A stretch of DNA of 32,000 nt from Corynebacterium lujinxingii (GTDB lineage: Bacteria; Actinomycetota; Actinomycetes; Mycobacteriales; Mycobacteriaceae), in the NCBI RefSeq assembly GCF_014490555.1, contig NZ_CP061032.1:2132448-2164447 (forward strand), read 5' to 3'. Positions 9,121 through 17,521 of the stretch are shown here, piece after piece. The translations under genes were made by a program, and so were the position numbers. How positions within the stretch are numbered: the stretch's first letter is position 1; every line of letters starts with the position of its first letter. The notes under the pieces are model-generated. The model was not told where the DNA came from, did not search any database, and saw only the letters and a list, made by a program, of their open reading frames with translations.

Positions 9121-9456
9121 TTACGCCGCTGTCGTGCAGGGCGCCAGCGGCTTTCGCGACAGCAGGATTGCGCGGTACGCCGTTCCGCCATCGCGCTTAA
9201 ACCGCAGGATGTTCCAGTCAGGGTTGAACTGCTGCGCCTGGGCGAGAAGTTCGGGGTTGTGGTTGTAGGCGGTGCGGGTTTCGTCGCCAAGCGGTGAGCG
9301 GAAGCTGAAGGTCAGTTTGGTGCCGTCTTGCTCGAGGATCTCGATCGGGAACCAGCCGTACTTCTGGTTCATGGCGCGCAGCACCGGGATGTAGTGGTCG
9401 TTGTGGCCTGCGGTGCGGCGGTCGCATTCGTGGTACGTGCAGGTGCGGGTGGACAT
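9121..9456 (-). CDS. Hypothetical protein, 111 aa, Cys/His-rich N-terminus (no family recognised)
   Basis: ATG 9456 is preceded by GAGGAG with a 5-nt spacer. Third-position G+C is high, like bona fide genes here. N-terminus MSTRTCTYHECDRRTAGHNDHY. Confidence 0.6.
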   Translation of the reverse strand: MSTRTCTYHECDRRTAGHNDHYIPVLRAMNQKYGWFPIEILEQDGTKLTFSFRSPLGDETRTAYNHNPELLAQAQQFNPDWNILRFKRDGGTAYRAILLSRKPLAPCTTAA

Positions 9457-9602
9457 AAATGCTCCTCGGAAATCGCGTCTTCCGGCACGGCGGTTGCGCG
9501 TGCCGGCGGATCTTCCCCCGGGAGCACCGTGCGCGATATGCGCGGTTGCTTGCCGACGAGCCGGGGGCCTTTACCGTCGAACTTCTTGATCCACAACGCA
9601 CA

Positions 9603-9629
9603 CTAATAGACCAAGCGGTCTACTGTCAA
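9603..9629 (-). promoter_or_regulatory. Candidate promoter with a palindromic operator, reading toward the 111-aa gene
   Basis: On the minus strand: perfect TTGACA (9629..9624), then the palindrome TAGACC-N4-GGTCTA (9622..9607) filling the spacer, then -10-like TATTAG/ATTAGT (9608..9602). Confidence 0.4.
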
Positions 9630-9783
9630 GCGCGAACCTCGATGACGATAGTTCGATGGGCATACTCCCATGTCAGTGCATTACTTGACGACGACACCCC
9701 GCACCGACGAAAACCTTCCACCCAGGAACTATTGTCATCGGACTATCGACATTTGCGGAAATGGGACACGAAACCGCGGCGCC

Positions 9784-11478
9784 CTACCCGCACCGCACGA
9801 TCGGCTGCGGATCGTAGACCGTGGTCTGGGTCTCGCGGTTGATCTCGTTGCCGGCGAGGTCGTAGATGATGCGGGTGTCCGAGGTGGTAAAGCCCGGGGC
9901 GCCACCGGAGGGCGAGCAGTTCGCCCCGGAGACGTAGACCGGCTGCGGGCTGGTCTGGGCCCAGCGACCACCGTTGATGGATTCGACGTTCACGGTGTTG
10001 ACCCCCATGAGGCTGACGGTGACTTGACCGCCGCCGACGTTGGTGGCGATACGCACCGGGTACGGGCTGTCGTTGCGGAACTGCAAGTCGATAGCGCCTT
10101 CGTACACGGTGGCTTCACGGCCGGCCGGGTAGCGGGAGATGTAGTACGAGTGCGGGGTGTGCGCAACGTCGGTCATGCCGGCGAAGTAGGCCGCGTTGTA
10201 CAAGGTGGTCGCGAACTGGGAGATGCCACCGCCGACGGCGGTGTCCGCGCGACCGTTGAGGATGATGCCGGATTCGACGTAGCCCTGGGCGGTGCCGCGG
10301 GGGCCGGTAAACCCGTTGAGGGAGAACGTCTCGCCCGGGTTCACAATGGCACCGTTGACCGTGCCCGCCACGATCGCGATGTTGGTACCGGAGGCGCCGG
10401 AGTAGCCGCCGGTCGTAAACGAGCCGACGACCTCGTCGAAGGTGGCGTTGTTGGCGTCGTCGGTGGTGAACTCGGCGGGGACCTCCTTGTATTCGGCGTC
10501 CCAGGTGCGGGGTTTGTCGCCGAGCAAACGGTCGTTGAAGCCGGCCATGGTCTTTTCCCAGTCGACGATGGTGCCGTCAACGGACGGCTCTACCCCACCG
10601 CCGGCGAGCACGCGGGCGTTTTGGGTTTCGACCTCGCTGTCCGCGAGTTGCTCGCCGAGGATGCCCTGGGCGGCCTCGGTGTTCACGCGCGGCGTGATTT
10701 TGCCGTCCTCGTTGGGGAAGCTGACCACCTCGCCAAGGCGATCCTCGGGGATGGCGGCGGTGTGGTCCTCGCGGCCGTTGACGGTCAGCGGGCCGTTCAG
10801 GGCTGCGCGCACGGGGCCGTCCATGGCGGCGGTGATGACGGCGCTATCAATCGCAGGCGGGATCTCGATCGGTTCGATGTCGATGCCGTCGGGGTTGAGC
10901 CAGCCGGTGGTGGTTTCGTCGTGAAGCGTTGCGCGGTCGACCTTCTGGCCGCTGACCGGGTCGGTGGTCTCGGCCTTGCCTGCCTTGACGCTGATGGTGC
11001 CGTCGGTGGGGTCGACGTGCAGTTCGTCGGTCAAGCGGTCAAGTTGCCGTTTCAGGGCGGGCTCATCGATACGCGGAACGACGTCGACTTCGCGGGTGGT
11101 GAACAGGCCGCGCAGGCGCGAGATCGGGTTGGCGGTTTCGACGCCGGCGGCGTCTACGGTGCCCTGCCAATCGATGCCCAGGCCGGACTTGGCGGGCACG
11201 AACGTCGCGGCCTTGTCGCCTGCGCGGACCTCGACTGGCTCGTCGGCGATGCCGCCGAGTTCGCTTTCGAGCTTCTCGCGCGCCTCGTCGGGTTTCATCG
11301 CCCCGATGTTCACGCCGCCGACGGTGGTGCCACGCGGCACGTTGCCGCGGTGCATCGCCAGGTCGGCGAGGTAGAGCGCGAGTGCGATCGCGACGATGCC
11401 GAGCAGCACGCCGAGTGCGATCTTGCCGCCGCGGCCGGAACTGCCCGCTCTATGCGAGGTTGCGTTCACCGTAGTCAC
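9784..11478 (-). CDS. VanW family protein (membrane-anchored, cell-wall associated)
   Basis: 564 aa, GTG start. N-terminal TM helix KIALGVLLGIVAIALALYLADL. Central region with GFTGPRGTAQGYVESGIILNG and ISQFATTLYNAAYFAG is typical of the VanW domain. Confidence 0.8.
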   Translation of the reverse strand: MTTVNATSHRAGSSGRGGKIALGVLLGIVAIALALYLADLAMHRGNVPRGTTVGGVNIGAMKPDEAREKLESELGGIADEPVEVRAGDKAATFVPAKSGLGIDWQGTVDAAGVETANPISRLRGLFTTREVDVVPRIDEPALKRQLDRLTDELHVDPTDGTISVKAGKAETTDPVSGQKVDRATLHDETTTGWLNPDGIDIEPIEIPPAIDSAVITAAMDGPVRAALNGPLTVNGREDHTAAIPEDRLGEVVSFPNEDGKITPRVNTEAAQGILGEQLADSEVETQNARVLAGGGVEPSVDGTIVDWEKTMAGFNDRLLGDKPRTWDAEYKEVPAEFTTDDANNATFDEVVGSFTTGGYSGASGTNIAIVAGTVNGAIVNPGETFSLNGFTGPRGTAQGYVESGIILNGRADTAVGGGISQFATTLYNAAYFAGMTDVAHTPHSYYISRYPAGREATVYEGAIDLQFRNDSPYPVRIATNVGGGQVTVSLMGVNTVNVESINGGRWAQTSPQPVYVSGANCSPSGGAPGFTTSDTRIIYDLAGNEINRETQTTVYDPQPIVRCG

Positions 11479-11514
11479 CCAAACCAGGGTAATGGAGATC
11501 TTTGAAAGAGCTGC

Positions 11515-12693
11515 CTAGAGGCTGTCGTCGATAAGCATTTGCTGTACGCGGGTGGCGGCTTCGGTGACGCGCTCTTCGGGGATGTAGCCGTTGTGCACGC
11601 ACCACACGATGTGGTCGATGATCGCGGGCAGGTCCTTGCCGGAGGACCATAACGCCTGGTCGGCGCCGGATCCGATGGCGCGGGCGACGGCGTCGCGGGT
11701 GGGCGCGTAGTCCAAGATGCCGCGCATGCCGGACAGGTCGTCGGTGACCACCACGCCGTTGAACGGCACGCCGCCGGGGTAGTCGCCCTCGCGTAGGATG
11801 CGGTAGGCCTCCGGGTTCATGGAACTCGGCACGCCGTCGGGACCAAGGCCCGGCACGATCATGTGGCCCATCATCACGCTGGCGCGCGGGTACTTCGACA
11901 GCAGCGGACCGTAGGGACGCATGTCCAGCTCGCGCATCTCGTGCAGCGGCGGGGTGACCGCAAGTTGCAGGTGGGTATCTCCCGAGGCGCGGCCGTGGCC
12001 CGGGAAGTGTTTGAAGGTGGGGGTGATGTTGGCGTCGATAAGCCCCTGCGAAAACAGCGACGCCACTCGCACGACCTCGGCCGGATCGCCGTTGAATGAG
12101 CGGTCGCCGACGATGTCCAGGTTGGTCACATCCAGGTCAAGCAGCGGCGCGTAGTCCACGTTCACCCCGTGCTCGCGCAGCGCCCGGCCGATGTCCCAGC
12201 CGGTGCCGCGGATGACCTCCGGCGGGGTGCCAGCGAGCGCGCGCGGCGACATGAACTCGCCGAACACCCCAGTGTGGCGCTGCACGCGGCCGCCCTCGAA
12301 GTCGATGGAAACGGAAAACGGCCGGTCGTACTGCTCGCGCAACGCGTTGATGTTGCGGCCCGGTTCCGTGAGCAACTTCGGGTCCGCCCAGCTCGGAATG
12401 ATCAGCCCGCCGGCGCCCTGGTCGAGCGCGAACCGCGCCTGGTCGTAGTTGGACACGCCGACGACCATCAGCGACGCCACACGCGCCCGCAGGTCCTCCG
12501 GCACGCGCTGTTGCGCCGGGCTGAGCACCTGGGGAGCTGCTTGCTTATCGACGAACCCCTGCCCCGGCTGCCCCTCCGTCGAGGTCACCGTCACCACTTC
12601 GGTCTCCGGCGCCGGTGTTTCCTCCGGGGCGCAGGCGGCAAGGCCGGCGCACATAAGCAGCACAGTGGCAGCCGCTGTGGCTCGAACCCGCAT
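11515..12693 (-). CDS. Glycoside hydrolase family 3 lipoprotein (beta-N-acetylglucosaminidase, LpqI/NagZ-like)
   Basis: KHFPGHGRASGDTH catalytic-region motif. Start placed at ATG 12693, which gives MRVRATAAATVLLMCAGLAAC (signal peptide plus LAAC lipobox) and has an upstream GAAGGGG. The ORF is open to 12762. Confidence 0.85.
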   Translation of the reverse strand: MRVRATAAATVLLMCAGLAACAPEETPAPETEVVTVTSTEGQPGQGFVDKQAAPQVLSPAQQRVPEDLRARVASLMVVGVSNYDQARFALDQGAGGLIIPSWADPKLLTEPGRNINALREQYDRPFSVSIDFEGGRVQRHTGVFGEFMSPRALAGTPPEVIRGTGWDIGRALREHGVNVDYAPLLDLDVTNLDIVGDRSFNGDPAEVVRVASLFSQGLIDANITPTFKHFPGHGRASGDTHLQLAVTPPLHEMRELDMRPYGPLLSKYPRASVMMGHMIVPGLGPDGVPSSMNPEAYRILREGDYPGGVPFNGVVVTDDLSGMRGILDYAPTRDAVARAIGSGADQALWSSGKDLPAIIDHIVWCVHNGYIPEERVTEAATRVQQMLIDDSL

Positions 12694-12760
12694 TGCACAG
12701 ACCCCTTCATCGTGTGTGGAAACGCCATTACTGTACTCGCCACTGGTAGCCTTACCCGAC

Positions 12761-12970
12761 ATGTCCCATCGCGTGAACCTGCTGCCCGAGCCGCTGCGTC
12801 AACACGCTGCCTCGCCCGTGGTGGCCAGCGCCGTTGTCGGCATCGTCCTCGGCGTGGTCGGGGTGCTCGGCATCGCGGCGGCGTCGGGCCAGTCGACGGT
12901 GCCGGAGGATACTGCCGTCGCCGCCGACGACGCGGTGCTCGGCGGGCCGGAGTACGGCTCGCGGAAGTAG
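12761..12970 (+). CDS. Small DUF2613-like secreted/membrane protein (Rv0236A-like)
   Basis: Internal ATG of track ORF 12449..12970. Product MSHRVNLLPEPLRQHAASPVVASAVVGIVLGVVGVLGIAAASGQSTVPED... has one TM/signal segment. Sits 6 nt upstream of the aftD-like gene, the same arrangement as Mtb Rv0236A-Rv0236c. Confidence 0.65.
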   Translation: MSHRVNLLPEPLRQHAASPVVASAVVGIVLGVVGVLGIAAASGQSTVPEDTAVAADDAVLGGPEYGSRK

Positions 12971-12976
12971 GCCGGC

Positions 12977-15874
12977 GTGCGCTCGTCGTCACGCGCGCAT
13001 GTGCTCGGTTGGCTCGCGCTGATTCTGCTCACGCTCGCGCAGCCGCCCGGGCGGGTCGCGGCGGACACGAAGTTCGACCTTGTCGCTGATCCGCTGCGGT
13101 TTCTTACCCGCGCCACCCACGCGTTTACCGACGAGTTCCCGCTCGGCCAGGTGCAGAACCAGGCGTACGGGTACCTCTTCCCGCAAGGCGCGTTTTTCCT
13201 GCTTCTCGATTGGGCACCGGATTGGCTCGCCCAGCGCGCGTGGTGGTCGTTGCTGCTGTGCCTGGCGTACTCGGGCACGCTGGTGCTTGCGCGTCGCATC
13301 GGGATCCGGGGCACGTGGCCACCGGTCCTCGCGGCGATCTTGTACGCGCTAAGCCCGAGGATTTTGACCACGCTCACCGCAATCTCGTCGGAGGCGTGGC
13401 CGGTCGCGCTCGTGCCGTGGACACTCGTGCCGTTGGTGTCTAAAAGGCCCCAGGTCGCACCCGCGCTGGTGGCGGTGGCATGCATGGGCGCGGTCAACGC
13501 AACCGCCACCGTCGCCGCGTGTCTGCCGGCGTTCGTGCTGCTGCTTGCGCGGCGCGCGTTGAAGCAGGCGGCGCTGTTCGCCGCCGGAGCGATGGCCGTC
13601 TCAGCGTGGTGGATCGGGCCACTGCTCGTGCTCGGCCGGTACTCCCCGCCGTTTACGGACTTCATCGAGTCCGCACACGTGACCACCGCATGGCTCAACC
13701 CGGTGGAGATCTTGCGCGGCACCACCTCCTGGACGCCGTTCGTGGACACCGAGCGCGCCGCCGGTCACCTTTTGGTCGCCGAACCCGCGTTCATCATCGC
13801 CACCTGCCTGGTCGCTGCCGTGGGGCTCGCCGGCCTCGCCCGGCGCGACATGCCGTGGCGCGGGCCGCTACTCACCATTTTCGCCGTCGGGTTTGTCATT
13901 CTCGGGACGTCGGCGAGCATCGCCTCGCTTTACGACGACACCCTCGCCCCGTTGCGCAACCTCCACAAATTCGATCCGCTGGTGCGCCTGCCACTCGTGC
14001 TCGGGGTGGGGTTTGTGGCATCAACGGTGCGCCGCCCGCAGATCGTCGGCGTGACCCTTGCCGCCGCGGTGGCGGTGGCACCCGCGTGGTCGCTGCGCTT
14101 GCTGCCGGAGGGCACCTGGACCGAGGTCTCCCCGGATTGGCTGGCGGCCGGGCAGTGGCTGGAGGAGCACGCCGCGGGCACGCGCACCCTGGTAGTGCCG
14201 CCCACGCAGTTTGCGCGCCAAGACTGGGGCTGGACCCGCGACGAGCCGATCCAGGCGCTGACCAGCACCCGCTTCGCGTTCCGGGATGCTGTGCCCCTTG
14301 TGGATCCGGAGGCGATTCGCGGGTTGGACGGGCAGACGGGGGTCGTCGATACGCAAGCGCTGCGCTCCATCGGCGTGGGCGCGGTAGTGGTGCGCCGCGA
14401 CCTCGAGCACCAGCCGCCCACGCCGAGCCTGGGCGAGCCGGACGCGAGTTTCGGCGACGTGGATATCCACCTGCTCGACCCGGAGGCGGATGTGATAGAC
14501 ACCGACCGCGCCCCCATTGCCGTCGACGGCGGCGGCGAGGTTCTGGCTCTGTTGTGGCGCGAACTCGGCTACTTTCCGGCAACGCTGACCAGCGGGAACG
14601 CCGACATCGTCACCGACACTCCAGCGTTGTCAGTTCGCAACTACGGCACCATCAGCGGCCAGTCCGGCACCCTGGCCGGCGAGTGGGAGGACACCACCGT
14701 GCGCAACCGGGTGAAGGATTACCCGTCCGCCGGCACGCGGGTAGGCGTGCGCGAGGAGGGGATGGCGCGGGCGTCGTCGTCACGCGCGGACGCTGGCGCG
14801 TTCGGTGGTCCGGTACCGGCGAACTCGCTCACTGCCGCCTTCGACGGGCTGGCAGAGACCGCGTGGTGGCCCGCGCCGGGCGATAACGACGCGTGGATCG
14901 AGTTCGACTCGCAAGCAGATACGGTCACCGTGACCGCCACCGCCGACACCACGGTGCGGCTGTGCGACCGCAACGACCACTGCCGCAGCGTCACCCTGGT
15001 CAAAGACCAGCCGCGGCGGCTCACCCGCGGCGACGCCGCAATCCTGCGCCTGACCGAACCGGTAGGCATCCGTGAACTTGACGCCGGCGTGCGCCGCATC
15101 GTGGAGGTCAACGGCACCGCGGACCGCTACTTTTTCCAGCGCCGCTTCCCCGCCACCAGCGTGATCCAGCGCCGCTTCACCACCGCCGTGGACAGCGAGT
15201 GGGAACTGTCGCAGCCCGCCACCATCGACGGCGAGCGCCACGTCGGCCGCGTGTTCCTCGAGGCCGGCACCCACGAACTGTTCACCCGCGCCGAAACCGT
15301 GATGCTCTCGCGCGCGCCGCTGCCCGACGCAGATGGCGACCGGCTCATCCTGACCACCCGCGCGTACAACGAGGGCCTGCGTGGCACCCTCGGCGGCACC
15401 CCGCTGGAGCCTGTGCGTGTCGACGCCGGCGCCCAGGCCTTCCGCGTCCCCGACGGCGCCACCGGGCAGTTCGAGATGACGTTTGCAGGCGATAACTCCT
15501 ACCGGTACTCGCTCCTCCTCGGCGGGGCGTTCAGCCTGCTCGTCGTAGTGTTTTGCCTGTGGGCGCCCTGGCGCCGCTTCGAGCGATTCACCCCGCCGCC
15601 CGGCGCGAACTGGCTTTCCGGGGTGGCTGTAATCGCCGCAGCACCCCTGCCCGGCCTGGTCGCGGTCGCGCTCGCGTGGCTAGTCCGACGCTTCACCGTC
15701 CTACCGATGCCACACCTCGCCGCCGCGTCGATGACCGTGGCCGGGCTCGTGCTCGCGCGTGCGCCATGGCCGGCGGCGAACTACGCGGGGTGGTCGCTGT
15801 TTTGTGTCTTCGCCGCGTGCTTCGCCGTGGCCTGCCTGACCAATCGCGCGCCGGGCACCTCCACCAACTCGTAG
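12977..15874 (+). CDS. aftD: Alpha-(1->3)-arabinofuranosyltransferase AftD-like GT-C membrane glycosyltransferase
   Basis: 965 aa, polytopic. N-terminal loop motif DTKFDLVADPLRFLTRATHAFTDEFPLGQVQNQAYGYLFPQG is characteristic of the AftD/DUF3367 family. Synteny with GH3 lpqI-like and DUF2613 genes. Confidence 0.78.
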   Translation: MRSSSRAHVLGWLALILLTLAQPPGRVAADTKFDLVADPLRFLTRATHAFTDEFPLGQVQNQAYGYLFPQGAFFLLLDWAPDWLAQRAWWSLLLCLAYSGTLVLARRIGIRGTWPPVLAAILYALSPRILTTLTAISSEAWPVALVPWTLVPLVSKRPQVAPALVAVACMGAVNATATVAACLPAFVLLLARRALKQAALFAAGAMAVSAWWIGPLLVLGRYSPPFTDFIESAHVTTAWLNPVEILRGTTSWTPFVDTERAAGHLLVAEPAFIIATCLVAAVGLAGLARRDMPWRGPLLTIFAVGFVILGTSASIASLYDDTLAPLRNLHKFDPLVRLPLVLGVGFVASTVRRPQIVGVTLAAAVAVAPAWSLRLLPEGTWTEVSPDWLAAGQWLEEHAAGTRTLVVPPTQFARQDWGWTRDEPIQALTSTRFAFRDAVPLVDPEAIRGLDGQTGVVDTQALRSIGVGAVVVRRDLEHQPPTPSLGEPDASFGDVDIHLLDPEADVIDTDRAPIAVDGGGEVLALLWRELGYFPATLTSGNADIVTDTPALSVRNYGTISGQSGTLAGEWEDTTVRNRVKDYPSAGTRVGVREEGMARASSSRADAGAFGGPVPANSLTAAFDGLAETAWWPAPGDNDAWIEFDSQADTVTVTATADTTVRLCDRNDHCRSVTLVKDQPRRLTRGDAAILRLTEPVGIRELDAGVRRIVEVNGTADRYFFQRRFPATSVIQRRFTTAVDSEWELSQPATIDGERHVGRVFLEAGTHELFTRAETVMLSRAPLPDADGDRLILTTRAYNEGLRGTLGGTPLEPVRVDAGAQAFRVPDGATGQFEMTFAGDNSYRYSLLLGGAFSLLVVVFCLWAPWRRFERFTPPPGANWLSGVAVIAAAPLPGLVAVALAWLVRRFTVLPMPHLAAASMTVAGLVLARAPWPAANYAGWSLFCVFAACFAVACLTNRAPGTSTNS

Positions 15875-16845
15875 GACACGTACGCCACAGCCGTGCTGGC
15901 CAGCGCGGTGGCCGCGTACACGACCACGAAGTGCCCACTGAACATATCCACGCCGAGTACCGGGAACACGAAGTACAGCACCGCCATGTGCCACAAAAAC
16001 ACCGAGTAGGACCAGTGCCCCAAGGTGCGCATGCGTGACGACGACAACCACGTCCCCGCCACACGCTGCCCCAGCGCAAAGGGCGCGACGATGAGGGCAG
16101 CGAACACCGCACCGAGCAGCACCCGCACGTTGAACTCGAGCGGGTCCGGGTGAGCGAGCCCCCGCGGGCCGATGACACCGGCGATCCACGCGACCGGCAG
16201 CGCTAGGAGGGGAAACGGCCAGCGCGGGCCAGCGTATCGCACCCCGGCGCGCTCCAGCTCGGCGAGCACAAGCCCGACGGCGAACCACGGCGCGTACGAC
16301 GGCGGCCAGATCTGCAGATTCACCACCGCCGGATCCGCGATGCCCGACACCGCCCACGGCCAGGCCAGCCCGAGCGCCACCGACACCGCCAGGGCGATGC
16401 GCCGCCCCCGCGCGGTAAGCCTCAGGTACAGCGGCAGCACCAGGTAGAAGGCGGCTTCGATGCACAGGGACCACATCTGCGTGAGGCCGTCGATAAGCGC
16501 GTGCGGCACGTAGACCTGCACTAACAGGAAGTTCGCCACAACCTGGCTTGCGTTTACGCCCGCGAGCGGCGGCAGCGCGAGCAGCACCACTGCAACGCAC
16601 ACCACGTACGCGGGTACGAGGCGTGCGACGCGGCGCGAGTAGTAGCCGTCGCGTAATCCGCCGCGCGCGAGCAGGAACGCCGAGAGCGCGAAGAACACGG
16701 CGACGAAGTAGTCGAAGCGCTCGAGTACCGCCGAACCGGCCCCGGTTTGGAACGCGACGTGGGTGGCCACGATCCCGTAGGCGGCGACGGCGCGCAGGCC
16801 GTCGAGCTCGGGAAGGATGGCTGGTCTCGGATTCACGATGGGCAA
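15781..16845 (-). CDS. Acyltransferase family 3 integral membrane protein (Rv0228-like)
   Basis: 354 aa, TTG start (GTG 9 nt downstream is an alternative). N-terminal LPELDGLRAVAAYGIVATHVAF signature and about 10 hydrophobic segments. Confidence 0.85.
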   Translation of the reverse strand: MPIVNPRPAILPELDGLRAVAAYGIVATHVAFQTGAGSAVLERFDYFVAVFFALSAFLLARGGLRDGYYSRRVARLVPAYVVCVAVVLLALPPLAGVNASQVVANFLLVQVYVPHALIDGLTQMWSLCIEAAFYLVLPLYLRLTARGRRIALAVSVALGLAWPWAVSGIADPAVVNLQIWPPSYAPWFAVGLVLAELERAGVRYAGPRWPFPLLALPVAWIAGVIGPRGLAHPDPLEFNVRVLLGAVFAALIVAPFALGQRVAGTWLSSSRMRTLGHWSYSVFLWHMAVLYFVFPVLGVDMFSGHFVVVYAATALASTAVAYVSYELVEVPGARLVRQATAKHAAKTQNSDHPA

Positions 16846-16873
16846 AGTCTAGCGGCCCGGTAGGGTAAGTCGG

Positions 16874-17521
16874 GTGAATCTGCGTCGCCGTCTCGCCGCC
16901 TGCCTGGGCGTCATTGTTGTCTGCGCAGTACTCAATATCGCCTCGCCGATCGTGATCGCGAAGCAGCGCACTCTTGTCCCCGGCGACTACACGATGCACT
17001 TCAGCGGCGAGCGCTCCCGCACCGTAACGCTCACCGAAGCACCGAAGGCGATGCGGGCCCGCGTCGAGGTCGACGGCGAGGAAGTCGACTCCTTCCTCAT
17101 CGACCCCTCCACCGCGTTTCCCACGAGAGGCCGCGCCGGCCTCGGCCCACTCATCCCGTACAACCCGGAGCGTCGCACTTACCCGCTGCACGACCCCACC
17201 ACCGGCAACGACGCCGCCCTCGATTACCTCGGCCCCGGCAACGTGCGCGGCCTGGAGACCTACAAATACGCCGCCACGCTTTCCGACGGCTGCACGCGCA
17301 CCGTCGACGCCGAACGCCGCACCGGCCGCATCCTCGACGAGGTATGGGACTGCCCACCCGAGCAGTGGGTGCTTGCCGACGACACCAAAACCGCCGCCGT
17401 CAACGCCGCCCGAAACGATATCGCCTGGCTGCGCGGCCTGCAGGTGATGGCGGTGCTGACGCGGTTCATCGCGGCCGTGGCGTTCATCGTCGGGCTGGTG
17501 GCCTATGCGCGCCGCCGTTAA
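16874..17521 (+). CDS. DUF3068/PorA-family-like membrane-anchored protein (short Rv0227c-like)
   Basis: 215 aa, GTG start. N- and C-terminal TM helices. Central segment LDYLGPGNVRGLETYKYAATL resembles DUF3068. Its position between the acyltransferase and the polytopic membrane protein matches Rv0228/Rv0227c/Rv0226c order. Confidence 0.6.
   Translation: MNLRRRLAACLGVIVVCAVLNIASPIVIAKQRTLVPGDYTMHFSGERSRTVTLTEAPKAMRARVEVDGEEVDSFLIDPSTAFPTRGRAGLGPLIPYNPERRTYPLHDPTTGNDAALDYLGPGNVRGLETYKYAATLSDGCTRTVDAERRTGRILDEVWDCPPEQWVLADDTKTAAVNAARNDIAWLRGLQVMAVLTRFIAAVAFIVGLVAYARRR

Noticed and set aside
8007-9800. A direct repeat of the tRNA-Gly 3' end (att site) delimiting an integrated island.
   Set aside because: Scanning by eye found only an 8-nt match (CGTCGCC-containing, near 9283) inside a coding region. 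That is not convincing, and a computational search is needed before any island boundary is claimed.
9784-11478. VanW as evidence of a vancomycin-resistance cluster.
   Set aside because: No vanH/vanA/vanX, vanRS or any D-Ala-D-Lac ligase is nearby. VanW-domain proteins are common envelope proteins in Corynebacteriales.
9670-11505. 611-aa plus-strand ORF opposite the VanW gene.
   Set aside because: Gly/Asp/Val/Arg-rich with no recognisable domain. It is fully antisense to a well-supported VanW-family gene.
12694-12762. The longer start (12762) for the GH3 gene, giving a 23-aa N-terminal extension.
   Set aside because: It would overlap the divergent DUF2613 start, and it places the signal peptide and lipobox internally. 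ATG 12693 has a Shine-Dalgarno-like GAAGGGG and yields a canonical lipoprotein N-terminus.
12169-14886. ORFs 12169..13089(+), 12799..13749(-), 13480..14886(+) and 13896..14582(-).
   Set aside because: They are off-frame or antisense to the GH3 and aftD-like genes. Their composition is dominated by Arg/Ala/Pro/Gly, and they contain no motifs.
15701-17191. 496-aa minus-strand ORF spanning the acyltransferase region in another frame.
   Set aside because: It is an Arg-rich shadow frame. The alternative frame 15781..16845 gives a clean acyltransferase-3 sequence with TM segments.
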